Below the pieces are notes generated by a model. It did no database searches. It was not told where the DNA came from and was given only the letters and a program-made list of their open reading frames with translations. Shown piece after piece: positions 9,705 through 17,916 of a DNA stretch of 41,907 nucleotides (the first letter of the stretch is position 1; each line of letters opens with the position of its first letter). The translations under genes and the position numbers were made by a program. The DNA is from Sphingomicrobium sp. GTDB taxonomy: Bacteria; Pseudomonadota; Alphaproteobacteria; Sphingomonadales; Sphingomonadaceae. The stretch lies in contig DATFEO010000061.1 in the NCBI GenBank assembly GCA_035250985.1, positions 1 through 41,907 of the forward strand, written 5' to 3'.

Positions 9705-12175
9705 CGGATCATCGCCTGCCAGCTGCCGTAGCGCGACCGCACCTGGCCGCGGCGGATGCTGAGCACGATCAGGCCAAGGCCGCAGGCGATGCTGGCGATG
9801 GTCTGGGTTGTGTCGACGCCAAAGGCGAAGGGAGTCGCCAGCAAGGCAAGTCCGAGCGGAACAAGCAGGAAGCGCAAGGGCCGGGCAACCTCCGCCGCCG
9901 CCAGCGAGATCACGGTCAGCGCCAGCGCTCCTACAAGATGGTCGGCATCGGCCATTGATCCTTCAGCGCCAAGGCTCAACCGGGTAAACATCAGCCACAA
10001 GCCGACCAGTGCCGCCAGCGCCAGATTCCACGGCAGGTTGACGCCGCCGGCCCACATGTCGGCCAGGAAGGCGCGCGGACCGCGCGCAAATTCGTCTTCC
10101 TCGGGTTCGGAACCATCGCCATCGATGTCACCGAACAGGAAGACGCGCAGCCAGTTCTTCCCCTCTCGCACGCGCCGGCGCATGAATTGCAGGCTCGCCA
10201 GCAATTCGTCGAGCGAATAGGGTATCTGCACCAGCATGGCCGCGGCGGCGATCAGTGCCAGCGTGCTCCAGGTACCGATTACGATCGGCTGGATGATGAT
10301 GAAGAAGATGGAGACAACGCCCAAAGGGGCGATCATCAGTCCGAACAGGACCACCAGCCAGGGCATGGTCCGCCAGCGCGCCGTCGAGCCAACGATCCCT
10401 GTCAGGATCTCGAGCGCATAGGTGTAGCCGCCGACGGCCGCATCGGAGACAGGCCAGGCCTCGGAGACATGGCTGGTGATGATCTCCTCGGTGCCGTTTT
10501 GCGGATCTGCGGGGGAGCCGGCGAAAAACGGCTCCCACACCCCTTCGACATGACCGAGCTGGTAAGCGGCGAGGTAGCGCGAGACCTCCAGCCCGACGAC
10601 CGCCAGCAGGATGATCGGCAGGCGCTGCGCCCAGCTCGACGGATTGTAGCTCCAGCTCGGCGGCGTGAGGGGGCCTTCGGTTGCGGCTAGCGGCGATGGA
10701 CCGACGTCCGGCTTGGTCGCCACCGCAAGGCCGAAGATGAGCCCGCCGACCAAAGTGTCCGACAGGTAGGCGGCGGGGTTTTCCGTCCAAAACAGGAAAG
10801 GCGCGGCCATGACCAGCGCGCCCGCGACTGCCGTCGCCCAGCGCGCCCAGCGCAGCCGCCACCATAAGGACAAGCTCGCAAGCACTATGGTCGCTGCGCC
10901 GAGCGTGACCTCGCTGGCCGCCAGCAATTCCTCCTCGACGCCGACCAGCGGCGGCTGGGCAGCAAGCCAGATGCCGAGGAAGATATTGACCAGGTGCGCC
11001 CAGCGGAACTGGCGGTGCTCGGCCAGCAGCAGCGCTTCATGCTTGGCCCGCAGGCGTTCGGGGTCATGGCCCGCTTCCGCGGCCTCCTGCATGGCGGGCG
11101 GCGGCGTCAGGCCGTTCTGCTCGTACCAGGCCTTGGGGTCGCGCTTCAGCGCAGCGACCATCTTCGGAAGCGTGTGTTTGATCCGATGCCTCGGCTCCCA
11201 ACCGAGCAGGCGGCGGGCGCGGCTGATGTCGAGCTCATAATGGTCGTCGGCCATGCGGGCCATGAACGGCCGTACGAATGGCGGTTCGCCCTGGTCAATG
11301 GCATCGGGGACGATCGGCTCCAGTTTCTGCTGCGCCCAGGCCCCGGCCACGGCGACCGGCTTGGGGACCCTCAGGGTTGGCCACTCGTCAGCGCCGTGAA
11401 TCAGGTATCCGAGCTCATCCTGCAGGAAATCATAGCCGGGCGCCTCCTCCTCACCGACTAGGATTGTCGTCCCGGTCGGTATGTCTTTCCTGCGATCGAT
11501 TACCCGCTGGAAGGCGCTGAGCATGTCGTCGCGATGGACCATCGACTGGCCGACGCGGGTCGAACCCGAATAAAGGTGGCTCTGCAGGTCGCGCTCGTAG
11601 ATGCGCGCGATCTGGTTGGCGAGCGTCGGGACGGCCGTCTCGTCGTCATAGAGTCCGGCCAGGTGCAGCAGGACGTAGGGGATGCCGCCATGCTCGGCGC
11701 GGATAACCTCCTCGGCCGCCGCCTTCGACTTGGGATAGGCCCATTTGGGCGCGATCGGCTGGTCCTCGTCGATCCGCTGCCCCGGCTTGCCCGGCGCATG
11801 AACCAGCATCGTTCCCGAATAGACGAACTGCTCGACCTTCAGGGCCTGCAGCGCCCTCAGGAGCCGGCGAGTGCCGTCGACATTGATGGATTGGTAGAGG
11901 GGGTTCTCCTCTCCGGTGAAATCGAAATAAGCGGCGAGATGGACGACGCTGGCAAGCCGCTCGCCGAACTGCTCCTGAATTTCTCCAATCGCCCTGGTCA
12001 CCGACTGGTCGTCGCCGAGGTCGGCATGAACGAGCGGGAAATCGGCCCTGGTATCGGGTCGGTCGAGGCCCACGACCCGGTACGAGTCCCGAAGCGTCTC
12101 GGCCAGCGACTTGCCGATATTGCCAGCCGCACCGGTGATCAGCACGATCGGACGGTTTTGGTCGCGCTTGGCCAT
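9701..12175 (-). CDS. NAD-dependent epimerase/SDR + SPW repeats + VKOR-like membrane fusion protein
   Basis: TGAAGNIG Rossmann motif, HLAAY, YPKSK catalytic motif; multi-TM C-half with YNPSSW, WEPFF, RWRTMPW, QPIVIGTW. Confidence 0.8.
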   Translation of the reverse strand: MAKRDQNRPIVLITGAAGNIGKSLAETLRDSYRVVGLDRPDTRADFPLVHADLGDDQSVTRAIGEIQEQFGERLASVVHLAAYFDFTGEENPLYQSINVDGTRRLLRALQALKVEQFVYSGTMLVHAPGKPGQRIDEDQPIAPKWAYPKSKAAAEEVIRAEHGGIPYVLLHLAGLYDDETAVPTLANQIARIYERDLQSHLYSGSTRVGQSMVHRDDMLSAFQRVIDRRKDIPTGTTILVGEEEAPGYDFLQDELGYLIHGADEWPTLRVPKPVAVAGAWAQQKLEPIVPDAIDQGEPPFVRPFMARMADDHYELDISRARRLLGWEPRHRIKHTLPKMVAALKRDPKAWYEQNGLTPPPAMQEAAEAGHDPERLRAKHEALLLAEHRQFRWAHLVNIFLGIWLAAQPPLVGVEEELLAASEVTLGAATIVLASLSLWWRLRWARWATAVAGALVMAAPFLFWTENPAAYLSDTLVGGLIFGLAVATKPDVGPSPLAATEGPLTPPSWSYNPSSWAQRLPIILLAVVGLEVSRYLAAYQLGHVEGVWEPFFAGSPADPQNGTEEIITSHVSEAWPVSDAAVGGYTYALEILTGIVGSTARWRTMPWLVVLFGLMIAPLGVVSIFFIIIQPIVIGTWSTLALIAAAAMLVQIPYSLDELLASLQFMRRRVREGKNWLRVFLFGDIDGDGSEPEEDEFARGPRAFLADMWAGGVNLPWNLALAALVGLWLMFTRLSLGAEGSMADADHLVGALALTVISLAAAEVARPLRFLLVPLGLALLATPFAFGVDTTQTIASIACGLGLIVLSIRRGQVRSRYGSWQAMIR

Positions 12176-12273
12176 TGGCAACCAACGGACTTCGCCGCGC
12201 ACGGTTGCGCTTTCCCTCGGCGCGGCGGGCCGCTAAAGGCGCGCTCACTTCCGGACACGAGGACGTAATTTTC

Positions 12274-13374
12274 ATGGGATTCCGCTGCGGGATCGTCGGC
12301 CTGCCGAACGTTGGCAAATCGACGCTTTTCAATGCCCTGACCGAGACTCAGGCCGCCCAGGCGGCCAATTATCCGTTTTGCACGATTGAGCCGAACGTCG
12401 GGCAGGTTGCCGTGCCGGACGACCGCCTCGACAAGCTTGCGGCCATTGCCGGATCGGCCAAGATCATCCCCACCCAGCTCGCCTTCGTGGACATCGCCGG
12501 CCTCGTGAAGGGCGCTTCCAAGGGCGAAGGCCTGGGCAACCAGTTCCTTGCCAACATCCGCGAGGTCGACGCCATCGTCCATGTCCTGCGCTGCTTCGAG
12601 AACGACGACATCCAGCATGTCGAGAACCGCGTCGATCCCATTGCCGATGCCGAGACGGTCGAGACCGAGTTGCTGCTCGCCGACCTCGAAAGCCTTGAGA
12701 AACGCGTGCCCAACCTCATCAAGCGAGGCCAGACCGGCGACAAGGAATCGAAAATCGCCGCTTCTGTCCTCAGCCAGGCGCTCGACTTGCTCCGCGAGGG
12801 CAAGCCGGCGCGCCTCGTGAAGCCCAGGGACGAGGAAGAAGCGCGCGTCTTCTCCCAGGCGCAACTGCTCACCGCCAAGCCCGTGCTCTACGTCTGCAAC
12901 GTCAATGAGGAGGACGCCGGCGAGGGCAACGCCCATTCGCAGCGCGTCTTCGACAAGGCCCACGCCGAGGGCGCGGAGGCAGTCGTCGTCTCCGCGGCGA
13001 TCGAAGCCGACCTCGTCACCATGGACATGGAGGAACGTCTCGCTTTTCTCGAGGAGATGGGCCTGCACGAAACCGGTCTCGCGCGTGTCATCCGCGCCGG
13101 CTACGACCTCCTGCACCTCATCACCTTCTTCACCGTCGGCCCGAAGGAGGCGCGGGCCTGGACGGTTGAGAAAGGCTCAAGGGCGCCGCGGGCTGCCGGC
13201 GAGATCCACACCGATTTCGAACGCGGCTTCATCCGCGCCGAAACCATCGCTTTCGAAGATTATGTCGCCCTGAACGGCGAGGCCGGCGCCCGCGAGGCCG
13301 GTAAGCTGCGCCAGGAAGGCAAGGACTATGTCGTCAAGGACGGCGACGTCCTCCACTTCAAGTTCAACGTCTAG
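12274..13374 (+). CDS. ychF: Redox-regulated ribosome-binding ATPase YchF
   Basis: GIVGLPNVGKST, ANYPFCTIEPN, DIAGLVKGASKGEGLGNQFL, TGS-like C-terminus ending FKFNV. Confidence 0.98.
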   Translation: MGFRCGIVGLPNVGKSTLFNALTETQAAQAANYPFCTIEPNVGQVAVPDDRLDKLAAIAGSAKIIPTQLAFVDIAGLVKGASKGEGLGNQFLANIREVDAIVHVLRCFENDDIQHVENRVDPIADAETVETELLLADLESLEKRVPNLIKRGQTGDKESKIAASVLSQALDLLREGKPARLVKPRDEEEARVFSQAQLLTAKPVLYVCNVNEEDAGEGNAHSQRVFDKAHAEGAEAVVVSAAIEADLVTMDMEERLAFLEEMGLHETGLARVIRAGYDLLHLITFFTVGPKEARAWTVEKGSRAPRAAGEIHTDFERGFIRAETIAFEDYVALNGEAGAREAGKLRQEGKDYVVKDGDVLHFKFNV

Positions 13375-13565
13375 CTCCGGCTCTCCCTTAAGAGCATCAC
13401 TCCGAGTAGCGCGGTAACGACCAGCGCGACCCAGCTGACGGATTGCGGCACGGCGGTTCCGCCAACCGTGATGTCGAAGCCAACCGCAAGTCGGTAAAGG
13501 TGACCGATCGCCATCAGGAGGAAGATGATGGCGGCGACGAGCGTGAATGGACGAGTCCTGGTCAT
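13371..13565 (-). CDS. Small two-TM hypothetical membrane protein (64 aa)
   Basis: Strong SD GGGGAGG, two hydrophobic helices, stop shared with ychF at CTAG. Confidence 0.7.
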   Translation of the reverse strand: MTRTRPFTLVAAIIFLLMAIGHLYRLAVGFDITVGGTAVPQSVSWVALVVTALLGVMLLRESRS

Positions 13566-13609
13566 AAGCGCCTCCCCTTGAGCGCAATCTTAGCAGATTC
13601 GCCGCTCGC

Positions 13610-13638
13610 TTGCCGCTGCTCCCCGCCTCGCCTAGCCT
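13610..13638 (+). promoter_or_regulatory. sigma70-like promoter, probably leaderless, for sulfotransferase 1
   Basis: TTGCCG-N17-TAGCCT followed 7 nt later by GTG at 13646; no SD. Confidence 0.55.
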
Positions 13639-13645
13639 TCCGCCG

Positions 13646-15268
13646 GTGAGCGGAATCTCGACGCAGGAGTTGGCGCAGCGAACCGCCCGGCAGGATCCGG
13701 CTCTGTTGCGCGCGGGCGTGGCGCTCGTCGAGAACGACCTGCCGACGGCCGAGGGAATCCTTCGCCCCTATCTCATGAAGCGCCCGACGGACGTGAAGGC
13801 GATCCGCATGATGGCCGAGCTTGCGGCGCGCATCGGCCGCTTGGTCGATTCCGAGAATCTGCTCCGCCGCGCGCTGGAGCTGGCCCCGAGCTTCACAGCT
13901 GCGCGCGCCAACCTGGCGACCGTCCTCTACAAGCAAAACCGCGCCGCCGACGCGATTGCGCAGTTGGAGCAGATCGAAAGCGAGGGCGAAGCCAATCTCG
14001 GCCATGCCAGCCTCAAGGCCGCCGCACTCGGCCGCATCGGCGGGCACGAGGAAGCGCTCGCGCTCTACCGTCAGTTGCTGGAAGCGCGGCCCGACGAGCC
14101 GAAGCTGTGGCTGAGCTACGGCCATATCCTCAAGACTGTCGGCGAGCAGGCCGAAGGCATTGCCGCCTATCGCCGCGCCCTGGCGATCGAACCGACGCTG
14201 GGTGAGGCTTGGTGGAGCCTCGCGAATTTGAAGACCGTAAGGTTCGACGAGGCCGATATTGCGGCGATGGAGAGCGCGCTCCGAGAGGGCAGCATCGGCA
14301 AGGAGGACCGCTTCCATCTCCATTTCGCCCTCGGCAAGGCGCTTGAAGACAAAGGCGATGCGGAGGCAAGCTTCCATCATTATGCCGAGGGAAATCGGCT
14401 TCGGCGATCGCTGCTGGACTATTCCGCGCGGGACAATCACCGGCATGTCGAGCGCTCGACCGCCCTGTTTACCTCCGAATTCTTCGCTGCGCGGGATGGA
14501 GGGGGTTGCAGGGCCCCGGATCCGATCTTCATCCTCGGCATGCCGCGGGCCGGCTCGACTCTCGTCGAGCAGATCCTGGCCAGCCACCCGGCGATCGAGG
14601 GCGTCGCCGAGCTCCCCGACATGCCTGCCATTGCGCGCCGCCTCGACGCACACAAGGCGCGAGGCAATGCCAGCCTGTACCCGGAATGCCTGGCGGACCT
14701 CGATGGGGAGGGGCTGAAGGCGCTGGGCGAGGAATATCTAGAGCGCGCCGGCGTCCAGCGTTTCACCGACCGCCCGTTCTTCATCGATAAGCTGCCCAAC
14801 AACTGGATGCATGTAGGATTGATCCGGCTGATCCTTCCCAATGCCAGGATCATCGATGCTCGCCGGCACCCGCTTGCCTGCTGTTTCTCCAACTTTAAGC
14901 AGCATTACGCGCGAGGCCAGAAATTCTCGTACGACCTCGCCGACCTCGGCCATTACTATCGTAGCTATGTGACGCTCATGCGCCACTTCGATGCCGTGCT
15001 TCCCCGCTATGTTCACCGCGTCATCCATGAGGATCTGGTGGACGATCCGGAGAAAGAGGTCCGGCGCCTGCTCGACTTTCTGCAATTGCCGTTCGACTCG
15101 GCCTGCCTCGCTTTCTACGAGAATCCGCGCGCTGTCCGTACGGCCAGTTCAGAGCAAGTGCGGCGCCCGATCAGCCGTGAGGGGCTTGAGCAATGGAAGA
15201 TGTTCGAGCCCTGGCTCGACCCACTCAAAGAAGCGCTCGGCCCAGTGTTGCAGGATTGGCACCGTTAG
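13646..15268 (+). CDS. TPR-containing PAPS-dependent sulfotransferase (paralog 1)
   Basis: N-terminal TPR helices; PIFILGMPRAGSTLVEQIL (5'-PSB), FIDKLPNN, RHPLACCFS (3'-PB), RTASSEQVRRPI. Confidence 0.9.
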   Translation: MSGISTQELAQRTARQDPALLRAGVALVENDLPTAEGILRPYLMKRPTDVKAIRMMAELAARIGRLVDSENLLRRALELAPSFTAARANLATVLYKQNRAADAIAQLEQIESEGEANLGHASLKAAALGRIGGHEEALALYRQLLEARPDEPKLWLSYGHILKTVGEQAEGIAAYRRALAIEPTLGEAWWSLANLKTVRFDEADIAAMESALREGSIGKEDRFHLHFALGKALEDKGDAEASFHHYAEGNRLRRSLLDYSARDNHRHVERSTALFTSEFFAARDGGGCRAPDPIFILGMPRAGSTLVEQILASHPAIEGVAELPDMPAIARRLDAHKARGNASLYPECLADLDGEGLKALGEEYLERAGVQRFTDRPFFIDKLPNNWMHVGLIRLILPNARIIDARRHPLACCFSNFKQHYARGQKFSYDLADLGHYYRSYVTLMRHFDAVLPRYVHRVIHEDLVDDPEKEVRRLLDFLQLPFDSACLAFYENPRAVRTASSEQVRRPISREGLEQWKMFEPWLDPLKEALGPVLQDWHR

Positions 15269-15300
15269 CGGCGAATCCGCTCGTTGCGCCCGCAATACGA

Positions 15301-15330
15301 TTGACGCCTCTGTAACAAAAGTCACACCTT
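15301..15330 (+). promoter_or_regulatory. TonB-receptor promoter region with CRP-family-like palindrome
   Basis: TTGACG at 15301-15306 followed by TGTAA-N6-TCACA at 15311-15326 (9/10 match to TGTGA-N6-TCACA). Confidence 0.6.
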
Positions 15331-15356
15331 CCTGCCGGGTCACAGGGGAAACGGCC

Positions 15357-17855
15357 ATGCGCCTGCATCGGAACAATTTGCCGCAGTGGAAACGCGCCGC
15401 GACGGGGCTGCTCGCGTCGACGATCATCGCAACGCCGGCGCTGGCTCAGGATGTGCCTCCGGCGGATCCCGCTGACACTCCCGCAGCCGCGGAAGCGCGG
15501 CAGGAGAGCGGCGAAGAGATTGTCGTCACCGCGACCAAACGCGCCGAAAACCTGCAGGACGTGCCGATCGCCATCACCGCGATCACGACCAAGACCCTGG
15601 ACGATCTGCAGGTCAATCAGTTTGACGATTACGCGCGCCTCGTTCCGTCCTTGTCGTCCAAGTCCGGCGGCGGCGGCGGCAGCGCCGACGGCCCGGGCAC
15701 GAACAACGTCTATTTCCGCGGCGTCGCAAGCGGCGAGAACGCCAACCATTCCGCCTCCCTGCCGAGCGTCGGCACCTATCTTGACGAGCAGCCGATCACG
15801 ACCATCGGCGGCGCCCTCGACATCCACATCTTCGACATAGCCCGGGTGGAAGCGCTCGCTGGTCCGCAGGGCACGCTCTACGGCGCCTCGAGCCAGGCTG
15901 GCACGATCCGCATCATCACCAACAAGCCCGATTTTTCCGGCACCTATGGCGCCGCCAACCTGGAGGTGAACACCGTCGCCCACGGCGATTGGGGTTACAA
16001 TGGCGAAGCCTTCGTGAATTTTCCGATCAGCACCAACATCGCCGCCCGTGTCGTCGGCTGGTACCGGCACGACGCCGGCTACATCGACAATATCCGCGGC
16101 GTCCTTGAGATGACCGAGTTCGTCTACGACGACGAGGAGGAGGGCCCGGTTCCCACCGGCAATACCCTCACCCTAGACAATGATGAGTTCGCGGAGGACG
16201 ATTACAATGACGTCGACACCTATGGCGCCCGCGCGGCGCTAAGGATCGACCTTAACGAGAATTGGACGATCACGCCCCAAATCGTCGGGCAGGTGATGAA
16301 GGTGAACGGATCCTTCGCCGAAGAGCGCGGCCTCGGCGATTACGAGACCATGCAGTTCAACGATGAAAAGGTGAAAGACAAATGGTTCCAGGCGGCCCTT
16401 ACGGTTGAGGGCAAGCTCGGCAATTTCGACGTCACCTATGCCGGTTCCTTCATGAAACGGCAGCTCGACTCCGAATTCGACTATTCCGATTACGCCTATT
16501 TCTACAACGAATTGGCGAGCTATGGCGTCTACTGGTACGACGATGCCGGCGACCCCATCGTGCCGAACCAGCTGGTCGTTGCCGACGACAGCTACAAGAA
16601 GCAGTCACACGAATTGCGCTTCGCTTCGCCCGCGGAAAATCGCCTCCGCCTGATCGCCGGCCTGTTCTACCAGCGTCAGGAACATAATATTGAGCAGAAC
16701 TATATCATTCCCGGTTTGTCCGAGGACCTGCAGGTCCCCGGCACCGACAATATCTGGCTCACCAAGCAAGTTCGTGTCGACCGCGACTACGCGGCGTTCG
16801 GTGAGCTGAGCTACGACATCACTCCGCAGTTCACGGCGACCGCCGGCGGCCGATGGTACAAGTTCGACAATTCCCTGGAGGGCTTCTTCGGTTTCGGCGA
16901 CGGGTATAGCAGCATGACCGGCGTCGCCGCCTGCTTCGGGCCGCCGCAGGTCTCAGGCTCACCCTGCACCAACCTCGACAAGAGCATTGAGGACAGCGGC
17001 TTCGTCCACCGGCTGAACCTGACCTACAAGCCGAACGAGGACCTGCTTCTTTACGCCACTTGGTCGCGAGGCTTCCGCCCCGGCGGCGTCAACCGGCGCG
17101 GCGACTTCCCGCCGTACGACCCCGATTATCTCACCAATTATGAGGCCGGCGCGAAGTACAGCTTCGGCCGCGGCGCCCACTTCAACATCGCCGGCTACGT
17201 TGAGAACTGGAAGGACATGCAGGTCTCGGTGCTCGGCCAGAACGGCCTGACCGTCGTCCGCAATGTCGGCAAGTCCCGGATCGTGGGCGTCGAGGCCGAC
17301 CTGCTGCTGCGGCCGATAGACGGGCTCACCTGGAGCACCGGCGTCGCCTATAACGATGCAACGCTCCGGGAAGACTTCTGCTTCGACGAATTGGCACCCG
17401 ACTGCAGCGACGCTGGCTTCTTCGGTGGCGACGGTGATGGCGTGGACATCCTGGCCGAAAAGGGCGACCGTTTGCCGCTGACCGCGCGCTGGAAAGGCAG
17501 CAGCCAGGTGCGCTACGAATGGGGCCTCAGTTCAGACCTTGAGGCGCACGTCCAGGGACTCGTCACCTATGAAGGCGAGCGCAAGCGCGATCTCCGGCCC
17601 GGCATCAACGACATCTATGGCAACCTGAAGTCCTATGCCCAGGTCGACATCGGCGCCGGTCTGGAAAAGGGGCCATGGAACGTCGACCTCTACGTCAAGA
17701 ACCTGTTCGACGTTCGCGGCCAATTGTCGAAGAACATCCAGTGCCGCGAAGAGGTTTGCGGCGATTCGATCGACGCTACCGACATCGGCGGCAAGATCTA
17801 TACGGTCGTCACCCGGCCGCGCACGATCGGCCTTCGCGTCGGCCGCAAATTTTAG
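15357..17855 (+). CDS. TonB-dependent outer-membrane receptor
   Basis: SD AGGGGA; signal peptide ending ALAQ; EEIVVTATKR, RVEALAGPQGTLYG plug motif, SRGFRPGG, VKNLFD, C-terminal Phe (RVGRKF). Confidence 0.95.
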   Translation: MRLHRNNLPQWKRAATGLLASTIIATPALAQDVPPADPADTPAAAEARQESGEEIVVTATKRAENLQDVPIAITAITTKTLDDLQVNQFDDYARLVPSLSSKSGGGGGSADGPGTNNVYFRGVASGENANHSASLPSVGTYLDEQPITTIGGALDIHIFDIARVEALAGPQGTLYGASSQAGTIRIITNKPDFSGTYGAANLEVNTVAHGDWGYNGEAFVNFPISTNIAARVVGWYRHDAGYIDNIRGVLEMTEFVYDDEEEGPVPTGNTLTLDNDEFAEDDYNDVDTYGARAALRIDLNENWTITPQIVGQVMKVNGSFAEERGLGDYETMQFNDEKVKDKWFQAALTVEGKLGNFDVTYAGSFMKRQLDSEFDYSDYAYFYNELASYGVYWYDDAGDPIVPNQLVVADDSYKKQSHELRFASPAENRLRLIAGLFYQRQEHNIEQNYIIPGLSEDLQVPGTDNIWLTKQVRVDRDYAAFGELSYDITPQFTATAGGRWYKFDNSLEGFFGFGDGYSSMTGVAACFGPPQVSGSPCTNLDKSIEDSGFVHRLNLTYKPNEDLLLYATWSRGFRPGGVNRRGDFPPYDPDYLTNYEAGAKYSFGRGAHFNIAGYVENWKDMQVSVLGQNGLTVVRNVGKSRIVGVEADLLLRPIDGLTWSTGVAYNDATLREDFCFDELAPDCSDAGFFGGDGDGVDILAEKGDRLPLTARWKGSSQVRYEWGLSSDLEAHVQGLVTYEGERKRDLRPGINDIYGNLKSYAQVDIGAGLEKGPWNVDLYVKNLFDVRGQLSKNIQCREEVCGDSIDATDIGGKIYTVVTRPRTIGLRVGRKF

Positions 17856-17868
17856 AGGACGCCGTTTA

Positions 17869-17907
17869 TCCGGCCATGCTACCGCCCGCCGCGTGAGCAT
17901 GGCCGGA
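17869..17907 (+). promoter_or_regulatory. Stable intercistronic stem-loop after TonB receptor (stabiliser or weak terminator)
   Basis: 12-bp perfect stem TCCGGCCATGCT/AGCATGGCCGGA with no strong U tract, 9 nt before the next GTG. Confidence 0.65.
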
Positions 17908-17916
17908 CAGATTTAA

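Noticed and set aside
13371-13565. Small ORF beside the cluster as a RaxX-like sulfated precursor peptide
   Set aside because: It is a two-TM hydrophobic protein with a single Tyr in a non-acidic context and is divergently transcribed
14991-15356. 122-aa N-terminal extension of the TonB receptor (and similar extensions at 19332, 20987, 27951 and 40122)
   Set aside because: They overlap upstream genes; better starts with SD, signal peptide or stop-start coupling exist downstream
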